A stretch of DNA of 64,000 bases from Narcine bancroftii (Eukaryota): positions 16,988,001 to 17,052,000 of the forward strand of contig NC_091478.1 of the NCBI RefSeq assembly GCF_036971445.1, given 5' to 3'. Made by a program: the position numbers and the translations under genes. The notes under the pieces were generated by a model that had not been told where the DNA came from, did not search any database, and saw nothing but the letters and a program-made list of their open reading frames with translations. Positions 13,465 to 26,558 of this stretch are shown in pieces; position 1 is the first letter of the stretch; the number at the start of each line of letters is the position of its first letter.

Positions 13465-14281
13465 ATGCACTCTCCTTCCTGTTATAACTAGAATTGGAAA
13501 ATGTAGTATATACTTATAACATCCAAAATCGTATACGCCTTGATGAACTTTTATCTAAACTGGGAAGAAAAATTATTTTAAGTTGCCAAGGGGAAGGGTG
13601 ATGAAAACAAAGAGAATGCCTGTGACAGGGTGGACACTAAAAGAATCGAGATAACAAGATACATTTAGTGCCATCTCAGAAAGGGTGGCGTTGGCTTGTT
13701 AGATTTAGCTGATCCATCTGGAGCAGGTATAAATGAAGGTAGTCAAATGAGAACAGAGCAGAGAAGACAATGCTGACACAATGGTAGGACAAAACCACAA
13801 TTGTTGGAAGCCTAAAATAAATGAATGTTGTAAATAATTATTGAGTTGGCTAGTATCTGTAGAGGGATACAAGGTAAGTTAATACCAGAGGTCAATGGCT
13901 TTACATCAGAATTGGAAAGGGTGGTAATCTTAAATTGTTGAATTCAATATTGAGTTAAGAGGACCAGAAAGTGCTAAGATGGAGGATGAGTTGCTGCTTC
14001 TCAATATTACTTTTTTTTTTTAAAAAAGATATACAGCATAGTAACAGAACATTTCGACCCTCAAGTCCAGACCACCCAATTTACCCCCAATTAATTTTGA
14101 ACGGTGGGAGGAAACATGGACCCCTGACGAAAACCCAAGCAGACATGGGGAGAATGTACAAACTCCAAGCTTAAATACAGCTCGGGATTCAAACTCCGGA
14201 CAGAGCAAAAATTGTATGTAAGATTCAAATGACAGGCATGATCCGAGATGGATGGCATTACCAAAATACTATATAGGATGG

Positions 14282-15139
14282 TATTTGCCAAAGCCCTTTC
14301 CTGCTCACAGTGTCGAAGGCTTTGGTGAGGTCAACAAAGGTGATGTTTACCTATCTCGGCTGCACCATTTTATCGGATGCAAGGATCGACAACGAGATAG
14401 ACAACAGACTCGCCAAGGCAAATAGCGCCTTTGGAAGACTACACAAAAGAGTCTGGAAAAACAACCAACTGAAAATACTCACAAAGATTAGTGTATACAG
14501 AGCCGTTGTCATACCCACACTCCTGTTCGGCTCTGAATCATGGGTCCTCTACCGGCATCACCTACGGCTCCTAGAACGCTTCCACCAGCGTTGTCTCCGC
14601 ACCATCCTCAACATTCATTGGAGCGACTTCATCCCTAACATCGAAGTACTCGAGATGGCAGAGGCCGACAGCATCGAATCCAAACTGCTGAAGATCCAAC
14701 TGCGCTGGGTTGGTCACGTCTCCAGAATGGAGGACCATCGCCTTCCCAAGATTGTGTTATATGGCGAGCTCTCCACTGGCCACCATGACAGAGGTGCACC
14801 AAAAAAGAGGTACAAGGTGTGCCTAAAGAAATCTCTTGGTGCCTGCCCCATTGACCACCACCAGTGGGCTGATCTCGCCTCAAACCGTGCATCTTGGCGC
14901 CTCACAGTTCGGCGGTCAGCAACCTCCTTTGAAGAAGACCGCAGAGCCCACCTCACTGACAAAATACAAAGGAGGAAAAACCCAACACCCAACCCCAACC
15001 CATCAATTTTCCCCTGCAACCGCTGCAATCGTATCTGCCTGTCCCGCATCGGACTTGTCAGCACAAACGAGCATGCAGCTGACGTGGACATTACCCTCCA
15101 TAAATCTTGTTCCGCGAAGCCAAGCCAAAAAGAAAAGAA
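14282..15139 (+). mobile_element. RTE-clade LINE, 5'-truncated and 5'-inverted, with TSD
   Basis: ORF 14310-15197 encodes the RTE C-terminus (FTYLG...RLAKANSAFGRL...QLRWVGHVSRM...C-x2-C). Bases 14282-14345 read ITFVDLTKAFDTVSRKGLWQI on the minus strand. TSD atataggatgg at 14271-14281 and 15140-15150. Confidence 0.9.
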
Positions 15140-16457
15140 ATATAGGATGGACGCAATAGTTGTAGCAGCTCAAATCAAGGCATTCACATGGTGCTAGGGT
15201 CCATCATCAACAAATGTAGATGCTATCATCTTGATCAAAGAAAAGCTGGAAAGACTGTGTCAGACAGCATTCATAAAAATAAATGTTTTGGGTCAAGACC
15301 CTGTCTCGAGCCCAGTAGCGATTTAAGGAAGAGAACAGCATAAAAATGACTTAAAATCTTTGAAACCCTCGTATAGCTGCAAAATATATAAATAGCAAAA
15401 GCAGTGCGACATTGACAGCCTAAGTAATCCAGCAACAGATCTACTGTTGTGCCAGGTCTTGGTTTTTCCACCACTTATTCGCAACACCTAACAAGATAAG
15501 GCAGCCTAAAGAACATTCTCATCATCAATGGAAACAGGACCCAGAACACAAATGCCAAAGCCTAAAAGCCCTTGCTTCTGTCAATCAGAAGTTTCTGTGG
15601 GGATGATCAGGTTCTAAGTGAGACCGGGAAAATTTATATCAAGTTATGGGGACGAGGGCCTTGACAAAATCCCAGCTGTCAACCTGTTGCAATACAATTG
15701 CAAAAAAAAAATCTTATGGAAAATTTCAAAGCAAATTGGGATCCTACTCAAGTAATCCAAACTCCAATAATTATAAACCTTGACCATTCTTCATTACTCA
15801 AAAGTAAACCCAGCCATTCCAGGTATCAGTCTGTCAACAAAAAAATGCAAGAAAAAATTGTGATCAGTTCAATTACATCAGTCTATTCTCACTTATATGT
15901 AATAAACCAAAATGAAGCAGAACTTGCTCACTAAAAAACTGCTTACTGATACTCCATCTTGATCTCGCCAGAATTACTCAAATCCAGATATTAAAACCTT
16001 GGTCTATAAATGAACAAAAAGACCAAATTCCAGAGGTTAAGCAAACTTGCGGCCAAAATATTTAAATTGCAGATCATGTTCAAATCAACCAATAAATGAT
16101 GTCTTTTTAATCTGTAACTTACAGCCACGTTTCTTTCCCTTGCTCTCCGCCCATATTCCAAAGTAACAAAAGAGACATTGGTTCCATCAGGCAACAATCG
16201 CACCAGAACATCACAATTTTCAATTTGACCCAGTAGAGCAATGAAAACATAACAAAACAGGGCACTGAAAAATAACCAGGAGGGGAGAGTACCAATCAGA
16301 CTAATTTTAAAATAAAAATTGTCAAGTCATGCAGTTTTGGCAGACGTTGAAAATGCAGCAGATAAAGAGCAGTGATATTTTCAACAAGACTACTACTGCT
16401 TCCAACCAAGAATCACAACTGATTTCATAAAAGAGGGCCATCTCGAGCAAGTTTTTA

Positions 16458-16828
16458 GCCCCTTTTCCATTGGCATCCCAGTTAATTGGCTGTGCAATGT
16501 CCCAAGATAGGAAGCACTTTGTGTCCTTTCCACCGGGCCACCCCAAACTGGGTCACTAATTGCCTTTCCACTGAACACAACTCATCCCCAGGGATCGGAG
16601 TGTTCTACCGTCAACTGGAAATGAATGACTTTCTGCTGTCCCTTTTCCACTGGTTTGATCTGCATACCAGCATCAGCAAACACTGGGGATATGAGTAGAG
16701 GTGATTAATCCCCAGTGTGAAATGAGGTCATTTGACACCGGCATTTGGAAAGCGTTCCTTTTCCACTGGACCCTAACCCAGTAAACTCCTAGTTAATTCC
16801 TGGGGCAGGTTGCCAGTGGAAAGAGGGC
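16458..16828. mobile_element. Non-autonomous PIF/Harbinger-like DNA transposon
   Basis: TIRs gccccttttccattggca / tgccagtggaaagagggc, with internal repeated cctttccac motifs. Confidence 0.6.
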
Positions 16829-17551
16829 TTTTAGTTAGAAATTATGGCAGAGATAAAAGACCAAGTAGGAGTTAAGTCTGAAAGCACAAAATGCAATGTA
16901 TTAACATAATGGATTACAATATCTGAATCCAACTACAAAGATAATGGAAATACTATCTAATCCTTAACGTCGAACTTTCCAGCTATGACTGTCTCTCGAT
17001 TTGTAATCATATCGCACCTTTGGCACAGACACCTTTACACAAAAAAAACTATCATGGCCATCATTTTCTTTTATAGATGGAGAAATCGGGAATAGGAATA
17101 AAGCAAGGAAGCAGATACAGTGATTAAAATCCCTGGAGTTCATCTGTCTCCTCAACATGAACACAAAAGTAGTGAATACAGACTTACACCATTAGGTCCT
17201 TTTGGCCCACATGCCCGTGCCGCCCAATTACACCTAATAGATATACTTACATATACTTACACCAGTAGTAAGTTTTTGAACAGTGGGACGAAACCCACCC
17301 AGACACGGAGAGAATGTAGAAAACTCCTTAAAGACAATGTTGGATTCAAACCCCAGTAGCAGGCACTGTAACAGTGTTGTGCTAACCTCTTCACTCACCG
17401 TGCCAACCAATGGTTTTCCATTATGAATGGTTTTCAAAATGAGAAACAAGGTGAATTTAGTTGATCGAGATAAATCATAATCTAGCTGTTTCCAAGCTGT
17501 GCTCTACAGACCATAAATTGGGCATTCCAGAGACAATGATGACCGATGATA

Positions 17552-17868
17552 TATTATGCTTAGATATGTTTTTGGAAGAGATAGATTGTGGGGGTTTTAG
17601 TATAGGAAACACTTTACAAAACAGATCTCATTTAAAATGCAAGAGCTCTGCTCAAACCAGACACTCTGGGCCCAGTGCCTTTGTAAAGACAATGTAAACT
17701 GCTTTGCTGAAGGTTTTCACAAGGAGGTTAAAAAAAAGAGCCCATCTCAGGGAACCGATAAGATCTTTCAGGAATTGATTTTGGAGCCAGCAATATGCTT
17801 GGTGGAAGTTTGCTGTTTTAAGAGAGGTTCTTGTTTTTACAAGCAGAGAAAGAGAACATGTGATTCTT

Positions 17869-17913
<45 letters not shown>

Positions 17914-18537
17914 CTGCAGTGGCTTCTGGAGAATAAAGCCCAGCAAGCTGGTAGCTTGTTTAAACTTCATTTTGAAGACGGGTTGTGAGTTCTGAGTTCA
18001 GCCTATTGAAAACTCTTGTGGTCCTTACAAGAGGAAATGGGTGGCTAGAGTGTTTCGCCTGAAATAAGGGAAACTAAAGGAACTCTGTGGTGACCTGGAA
18101 CAAGAGGTTATCATCTGGAAAATCCTGATGGGGCAAGTTTCTTCGGTAAGACACTGAGGAACTGATGGAAGTAAATCAGTTTGCATGTGCCCAATGAACA
18201 TCTCTCTGAAAACTGACAAAAACCTTCCTGAGCAGTAACCTGGTGAAAATTAATAAATGTTACATTCTGTGCACAGCATAAGAATTGCCTGATACCGGTG
18301 AACTTGGAGGAGTGAGAAGGGAGATTGGACTGCGAATCTAAGAACTTTTCTGAAATTATACACGACATACACGTGCACTTAGAATTAGAAGGGGATTAAG
18401 TTAATGGCAATAAGTTAAAGTTTGATCCTTTTTTTTAAATGTTTAAAGAAAATTAAAAACTACTTTTATTTAAGTAACCATTTGTCTTGGCGAATTTCTA
18501 TTGCTGTCGGATTTTGGGGTCCTCTGGGCCCATAACA
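17552..18537 (+). mobile_element. Solo LTR containing (GA)n microsatellite
   Basis: Collinear with 8122-9035, ends ...ggcccATAACA, and has (GA)n at about 17872-17909. Confidence 0.6.
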
Positions 18538-19435
18538 TCATGGTGAAAATGTTGAAAGAGGTGCTAAAGACATTGCTGAAGTAAAAAAAAAAGCTCATTT
18601 TTGGCGACTGCAGCACAAAATAATTAAGCGTACACAATATTTTAACAACTTCGGAGTACACTGCTACCCAGTCTCCCATCCAATGTCCCCATAAATGAAA
18701 CTACAGTTGTGCATTATATATACATACATACACACACAAATACACAAACACACACACATACATATACACAAACACACACATATATATATAATCTATAATA
18801 TGTCTTGATGGTCATAATAAACACCTGTAACTGGCTTATGTACTGTACTTTCTATTGTTATTTTAATTTGAACTTTATCTACTTAAAATTAAACAAGTTT
18901 ACAGTGTATGCTTCACCTCAGAGGCAGCAGCATCCAATCTTGTATATTGCACATCTTCTTTCAGAAATATTACAAGTCAATAGAGGTGCACTACAGTATC
19001 TTCATATAGCTTTGCTGAGTATATAATATTGTGTTCGCACAACGTTCAAATTGAGTAACATCCTATTTCACAGAACATCATGGACGTTAAGCGACCCACA
19101 ACTATACATAAAATCCATTCATGTAGGACAGGAAGTGCTCGGACACCACCTTGACTACAAACAAGACTAGAAGCAAAGAAACAGGCAAAGGTGATTAGTG
19201 AAATGGTTATGCAGTAAACTAGCATTTCTAAATAAAAATGAAATGTAAAGAAAGCACAGTAAATTCAAAGAGTATGGAGAGTGAAAGATGGAAGGAATGC
19301 ATTTCTGGTATCTTACCATGCAACAGATTTGAATTTTAAGATTAAAAAGGCAAATATTCAAAAGTTGAAAAAAGTGCAGGTAAGGAATTGATATTAGCCA
19401 AACTGGTGCCATTTGGACAAGGAAGCCAAAGGCAA

Positions 19436-20360
19436 GGACTTTTACACTTGCAAGTGATCCCAGGAATGAACCACCAATCGGCTTTTAAAGTGTCTAGCGC
19501 GAAAGCAAAATCAGCCCAATGCGGGCGTCAGATGACGTCTCTCATGGCCTCGACCCCAGTACAATCCCTAGCGTCTGCAGACACTGGCACTGCAATCATG
19601 CAAGTGTGAAATGGGCAAACTGCATTGTGGGATTGAAATGACCCAAGTTTTGGTGTGAGTGCAGGAATGCGAAGGAAAAGATTAAAATGAAGGTATAAAC
19701 GTTGCTGTGGGAAAGTCGCAGCAGAAGATCGAGAGAGGAAATAAATAGCAATAGCAGACAATTTTCAAACAGCGGGGGAAGTTGGCAGCGCTATAGCGCA
19801 CAATTTATAAAGACTGTAGGGAAAAAGCAATGGCAGACCTGACTTTCCAGAAGGCTGTGCAGCAGAGAAACCCCTCTATGAATGCTCAGTGCATGCAGCC
19901 GTGCATACAGCCCTTTCTTGGCTGCACGGAATTCTGGGAGGGCGATAATACTACCTTCTTTTCCACACTGTATAAATTGTGCACTAAAGCGCTACAAACT
20001 TTCCCACGCTGTTTAAAAATTGTCTGCTATTGCTATTTATTGCCAGCACTTTCCCATGGTCCCTTATAAAGGTTTATATAGGTCAGCACAACAACAACTG
20101 AAGGGCTCGTACTGTACATAAAGCTTAATTATGTTATAATTAGGCATGATCAAAATACATTGATCAGGATTTAGGACACGTCCACCATTGCTCAATGTAT
20201 CATAATGTCACTGGTAGAAGATAGAACAGTCCTAACCTTGCAAGTGTGAAAACATTCAAGTGTCCCAGTTAGAAGTGGTCAAGTGTGAAAAGCCAAATCC
20301 CCATTCCTATCCCAGGACACTGAACGGCCAATTTAGTCGGATGCAAGTGTGAAAGGGGCT
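19436..20360. mobile_element. Harbinger-like non-autonomous element with a long internal palindrome
   Basis: Ends ...ttttacacttgca / tgcaagtgtgaaaggggc, repeated caagtgtgaaa motifs, and a ~70-bp internal inverted repeat (19739-19809 vs 19971-20041). Confidence 0.55.
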
Positions 20361-23300
20361 ATAGAAAGTTGGAGCTAAATGTTTTTAGAGAGCAAAATAG
20401 TGGCTAGAACAAGTGATGGTAGGAATGGAGAAGATTAAACATAACAGGTGCAAGAAGGGGCTGATGGACTGAAGCTCATTGAGAATCATTTCTCAGAATT
20501 ATGAGAAAGTGCTACAAATGGCTCATAACTATGCCAAAGGAAGCCGAGAAGTCGTAAAAAATGTAATTAAATTTGAAAAAAGTGGTGGTCAAAACTGGAG
20601 CTATAGTAGAAGGGAAAACAAACAGTAGAGTAGCAAAGGACAAGGATTGGAATCACTAATTGATAAATTAAGGGTAAAATGCAAACATGATTATCTGAGA
20701 GAAAGAGGGAAGAGAATGAGATCAGACAATATTATTCATTAAAAAGTAGAATGTCCAATTGGGATAGGCAGATAAAATTCCTGGTTTGAACTTTTAACAA
20801 AAAACAAAAGCAGAATGGCAGTAAATCTGCACTTTCAAACATTTTGATAAACTTAGTGTTTGCATTTATTCCAGGATAAATAATAATGTGACAAATGCTA
20901 ATGTATCAGCATTAAAGAAGCAGTATCTTGTTACAAGCATAAAATTACTATCACACCTGGTATTTATCTGCCTCCACATAATACAGAAAAGTTGCACTGG
21001 TACAAGCATTAACATTTTTCCTTTTTAAGGCATGGCAAATAATTCTTTTTTTTGGCTTACAGCAGTACAAAGCTACAAAAAAAGGAAGAGAAAGTAGATC
21101 TTCCCTTTGACCATCGATTTCTGTTCCTTTTTAGCTAATGTTGAAATACAAGCACAAGCTTGCACAATGTTATAGAAGTCTTCTCAGAAAGAAATTGTGT
21201 ATTTTTTTAAAAAGTCAGATCATTTCTGAATCAGTATTACAAAAACAGGGCCATCAACCCGCAACAGCGACCTACAGTTAGACATGTTTTATACATTAGT
21301 ATTTTTCAAAAGGGAATTTAAAAGTTACTTTAAAAAATGCATTTGCCCAAATCGAGGAAGTGGAAATAACTAGATTGCAGTGTATTCAATGGGTCCAATA
21401 GCTTCTTTCTGTGTTGCACCATTCCATGTCAAAATGAAGGGCTTTGGCGAGGCAGATTCCCTCATAAATTAAACTGGGAGCTCTGATCATCTTCCACTCC
21501 ATTTTAGATAGAACAAATTGGCTTTGAAACGGAAAACATCTGTGGTCCACGATATATGAAGTAGTCAGTCCTTTTGAGGTTTGCTAAAACTGTTTTGTTC
21601 CATTTCCTTATGCTTCTTTTATCAAATATCCATCTCCCTATTAAAATATAAAATCATGCTGTTTGGTAACAACCTCATCAGAAAATTCACTGAGCTCTCT
21701 CTTCACCTGTGATAATCTTCAAAAGACACAGCAGCAGGAATAATATTTCCCAATTTAACATTTAACAATTTAACACATGGGTCAAGAGAATAAATATTCT
21801 CAACTCTGAAGCAAAATTTCAAGTGAATTTTATAAACATTACTGACTGAACTTCTCCCTTTCAGATGTAAAAAAATAATCCAACTTTAAAACTACAACTC
21901 GGTCCTGTTACTAATTAACAGAAACAGGAATTATATTATAAAATTTAGATATTTTCTGACCTGCAAAAGTAAATGTTTTTCAATCTTTTAATTGCCCAGA
22001 ATTCCATTAAAATCTGTGCAAACACCAAATAAAACTTTACAAGATGTAGGTGTTATGTGATTTTATTTTATTTTTTAAAAAGGAGGCTTATTGGATAATT
22101 TCCAACATCTTCATGCCTTTCATGAGAATGGCATTTACCTGGGATGCCTACCATATATACTGCCATAAAAGATGACCCCTGAATTTCCACCTTAAATTAT
22201 AGGCTTTGAGCTATATTTGCTGTACAGGCAGTCCCTGGGTTAAAAACGAGTTCCATTACCAAGGTCTGTATTTAACTCAAATTTGAATTTAAGTCAGATC
22301 AAGTACATACAATCCTTATTCAGTGTCAGTTAGTCAAATGTTTATCTTAGTATATAGCATATAGAGTATACATTTTACCTTTCTTTGCAGGTAAAGCACT
22401 TAAGAAACATTTTCAAATACACTACATCCTAAACAAGTCAGACTCCCGGCAGGAGTGGGGACGTCGGGCTCCCGGCTGAAGCTGATTCAACCATGCTCAA
22501 ACTGGAAGTTGATAGCATTCTACTTCCGGCTGGCTTGTCGGTTCGCAAGTATGAGTTGTTGATAAATCAGACACTTTCAAATGACCCAGTAAAGGTTTCA
22601 ATTTTATTAGCATATTTTAAAATAAACCACCGTCAGCTCCTTTAACAGGCCACTTAAAGCCCATACAGAGCCAACAGCAGTTGGACTGGGTGGATGGACC
22701 CCATGGGTGAGTGCTGAGACTTCAATTTTAAGGATCAGATTTTATATTTGGTGTACAAGAAAACCCCTAGTTTTGGAGTGACATTTTTAAAGTTTGAGTA
22801 CTGTTTTATCTGCCAGCAAATACAGTAACCTATCCATACTGGGACATTAATAACTATGTTATTGTTGGCAAGCTGGACATTAGATGAAAACAAAAAAAAA
22901 AATTCCTCTTGCCATGCTAAACTGGCTGTATCTTCTTTATATGAATAAGATGAAACCTAATCCTGCAACCCAATTTAAATGATGTATCTTGTGTCACTGG
23001 TGCCCCACAGCTTTTACTGCTGAGTCATAATATTTGCAAAAGTTCACGTCAACATGTGAAACATTAGTCCAGATTTTGACAACCTAAATTCTATCCCTCA
23101 TTATGTGTTGTTCCATTATTTGTTCTCGCTAAATTAAAATAAACATTACAAAGAAAATAATGCAAATCCTCATATCTTGAGTTTTAATGAAATTTGCAAT
23201 TTAATCAACTGACTCAGTTTTGTTTTTCCAAGTATTCACAACATTACAGCACAGAAAAAAGGCCTTTCGGTTCTTCTAATCTGTGCAGAAAGATTTTAAA

Positions 23301-23929
23301 AATCTGAAATTGTTAAGTAAGAATGTCATTTGAAAGCTCCTTCCTTGATAGCCAGTTAAGCCAACCTAGAGAGTCACTAGAGACCACAAAAACAATGGAT
23401 CATCCTGAAACGTTTCAACCACCGAGTTTCCTTTGACACAAAACTAGTCCAAAGTTAGTCTTACAAGAAAGTAATTCAAAAATAAAAATCAAACAGTCTC
23501 CAAATTTAAACGTTTCCTGTCTTTCAAGTCACATGATTGCATCACATGAAATCTTAGGATGATCTTGTAACATACTAAACTGTAGCGATTTTGGGGAGCG
23601 GGGGGAGAGCCTGCAACCACATTCGATTCGATCGGATTCCCCGCATGTTCTGAATCCAGATCAGGTCCTGTATCCAAACTCAAAGCAAGTGACCAAAGCG
23701 AATCTGGGTGAATCGGTGATGTGACCCTTCGAGGCTTTCAGAAGCCTGTGGATCAGCAACAACCTCCCGCCTGTCATCCAACAAACTCAATGTGGAAAGG
23801 AGGGAAACCACCCAAGAAGAATTGGACAACAGTTTTTTGGAGAAGCCATCGTCATGGATTTTTAAAATGTAACTTTGGTTTGGATGATTTAAACGAGGAA
23901 GCTGAATCCCCAGCAGCTCCAGGGCCCTG

Positions 23930-24420
23930 GAGATTTGCGACCCCCTTTGTTCCAACCAGGGGGTCGCGAGTCCACGTCCCGCGCACATACTTAGCCTGGG
24001 CTGCGAGCAATAGTTCCGGCTCGCTGCCTGTGCCTGCACCCGGGCTCCCAACCGAGGTCCATTGGCGACCGCTGGCTCCACCATCAGCGACATCTTCCCA
24101 CCAAGGGGGCGGGCGCGCAGGCGCGCAGGGCGGACGCGGGGGTCACGGGGCGCGCAAGCCCGAGCGGGCCTGACGTCACACCGCCGCAGGCAGGCAGGGC
24201 AGGCGCGGGGTCACGTGGCGCGCAAGCCCGAGCGGGCGTGACGTCACCCCGCCGCGGGCACGCGTGGGTGCCGTCCGAGCCTTTGCCCCATGGGAAACGC
24301 CGCCGGTTGCTAGGGCGACGCGGTTCGGGCCTCCTCCGTGTGTCTTCGTTGGGTGGATGTGCGCGCAGGGCACTTTGTCGCTTCAGCAGACGAAACCCGT
24401 GGTCACAGCTAACGTAGGTT
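23930..24420 (-). promoter_or_regulatory. CpG-island promoter of ATP6V1B with duplicated E-box/CRE module, GC box, NRF1-like site and X-box
   Basis: The only strongly GC/CpG-rich island in the left half of the window. CRE TGACGTCA at 24171-24178 and 24239-24246, GTCACGTGGC at 24210-24219, GGGGCGGG near 24106, GCGCAGGCGC near 24115, GTTGCTAGGGCGAC at 24306-24319. Confidence 0.8.
23991..24093 (-). CDS. ATP6V1B: V-type proton ATPase subunit B, coding exon 1 (MSLMVEPAVANGPRLGARVQAQAASRNYCSQPRL)
   Basis: gaagATG start and CTAA|gtatgt phase-1 donor. GARVQAQAASRNYCSQPRL matches ATP6V1B2 GAREQALAVSRNYLSQPRL, and the exon joins exon 2 in frame. Confidence 0.9.
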
Positions 24421-25143
24421 TAAATTTAGGGGCGTGGGGGGGGGAATGGAAAGTGGTTGGCAGTGAGAGTTCCGAATCGAAGCAGGAAATAAAGAGATGA
24501 GGATAAAGGTCATAGGAAATAATAAATTCAGGAAGTGCCCGAGATGTCCAGTGCGTGTGGCTCCTGTTTGAGACGTCCAGCATGGAACAGGCCCTTCGGC
24601 CCGATCGTCCATGTTGTCACGATGGCCGAGAGCCATTTGCCTGCAATTGGTCCATATCCCTCGAAACTTCCCACACACATACCCATTCCCACCAGTCCTC
24701 ACTGATAGATGTCTCATAGGTGCCACACATCCCACCTCTTTTGCTCCTGGTATGCTGGCTGGCTGTGCCAAGACACACTGACTCTATCCTCAAAGACCCA
24801 GGCCATTCAACTCACCCTGCCGTCTTTTGAACGTTTTACAGTTTTCTCGTTTCAGATTACTCTCTCAATGGAAAAAAAAGCCCTTCATGTCCCTCTTTAA
24901 ATCTCTCCCGCAGTCGTAAAATTGTCTACCCTGTTCGAAAAAGATTGTGAGCATTCTTTTTTTTCCATGCTTCTCCCCTCCAGCCTCCTGAGTTCCAGAC
25001 CCAACAGCCTCTTCAGACACCTCGAGTCCTGGGAATATCCTGGTAAATCTGCTCTGCATCCCTTCCAACTTATGCTATCTGACTGCAGTGTGTGTGTGTG
25101 TGCATATATATATAAAATATATATACTGGAGGGCTCAGTATAA

Positions 25144-25172
<29 letters not shown>

Positions 25173-25174
<2 letters not shown>

Positions 25175-25400
25175 GTGCCCTCCAGAATATTTGGGATAAA
25201 GACACTTTTTTTCCTTTATTTGACCCTGTGCTCCACAGGTTTAAATTTGTAATCAAACAATTCACATTAAAAAAAAAAGAATTTGTATGCATTTTGCTTT
25301 GACCACATAGAAATTACAGCATTTTTTTTAATATACATTGTATCCACGTTTCTGTGGAACACGGGCAAATAAAGGAAAAATGTGTCATTTTCCCAAACAT
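25173..25400 (+). mobile_element. Tc1/mariner end fragment next to (CA)n/(TA)n tracts
   Basis: cagtgccctccagaatatttgggataaagacacttttt is homologous to the Tc1 5' end at 40965. Confidence 0.55.
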
Positions 25401-26558
25401 GGAGGCCAAATTCTAATCATTGGTACGTATGTAAACACAATTAGATTAATTGACAAACTGATCAAGCTTGGTGAGGATAAAATACACATAGATGCAATAT
25501 ATATCTTTGGACAATTTATATTGTATTCATATGTGTTAAAAGAAGTCAGGGAAAAATAATCACACAAAATAATTGTGGTAGATAAGTAATATTTCTCTTT
25601 GTAGTTTGAAGTATTTTTCTTTGTTGTTTGAAGTGATTGTGATTTTCAGGTGACAGTGCTCTTGCTACTGGCCCTGAAAGTTGTGGTTTCCACTGCTGTT
25701 CCATAAATCTAGACATAAAATGTTGGTTGTCGTTTTATTTCAGGACTGAGGGATTGCTACACTACATGAGGTGAAAGGTTACAATCCTTCACACTCTCTG
25801 CTTCCTCTAAATGTAATCAATCCAACAGTGCTATTTTGTAGGAGAAGCGTATTATTCCTAATGTCTCACTCAATATTTATTTTCTGTCAATATAACCAAA
25901 GCAGAATATTTTGCCATTATCCAATTACTTTTTGCAGCAGCCAACTGTGTGTAAATTTATTGCATTTTCTAAATTCAACACTTATTACATCTAAAAAGGT
26001 ACCTCATTGTTTGCAAAGTGCTTTATGACTATCTGAGGTCATGAAATGGGTTTTTATTTTCTATATTTATTCAGTGTTCATGTATTATCAACAGAAGAAA
26101 CATATGCACTCTATTTGTATACTCCAAAATGGATTTACTGCATAGTTGAATCCATGAAATCATAAACATAATTAATATTTATCCAGTATCTTTCCAACAG
26201 TATAGAACATTGATGGGTGGTGGGGGAAGGGTTTAATGTTTATTTGCTTTATCATAATTACCAGGTAATTTGTTTAGCTATGAGAAATTTCTGATTTAAA
26301 ACCAAAATTTAATCAACAATGTTGAAGATCATTTGACCCACTTTTTTCATCCCATTTGTACTCCAAAATATTTAGCCCAGCATTCTGTTATATTTTAAAT
26401 TACATTTATTACATGATCTTATCTAAAAGTTTATTGTACAAATTTAATTTTTTAAATCCAAAGACTTTTCGAAGTAACATTCTTTAAATTTGCTCCTAAC
26501 TACTTCAGTTTTAGTATTATTTAACAGTATTGGAATAGAAGCAGCATTTTTGAGGCAA

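Noticed and set aside
16170-16200. LPDGT motif resembling ATP6V1B exon 3
   Set aside because: Flanking residues, exon size and exon order do not fit; the true exon 3 is at 1436-1534.
16458-16828. CRISPR-like spaced cctttccac repeats (also caagtgtgaaa at 20240-20355)
   Set aside because: Short, irregularly spaced motifs inside TIR-bounded elements in eukaryotic DNA; these are transposon subterminal repeats.
23355-23410. Weak resemblance to a decayed ATP6V1B exon 2 (tcactagagacca)
   Set aside because: No splice sites or open frame, and the true intact exon 2 is at 2682-2737.
23680-24093. 137-aa ORF as a single-exon gene
   Set aside because: Only the first 34 codons match ATP6V1B; the rest is read-through past the gtatgt donor at 23990.
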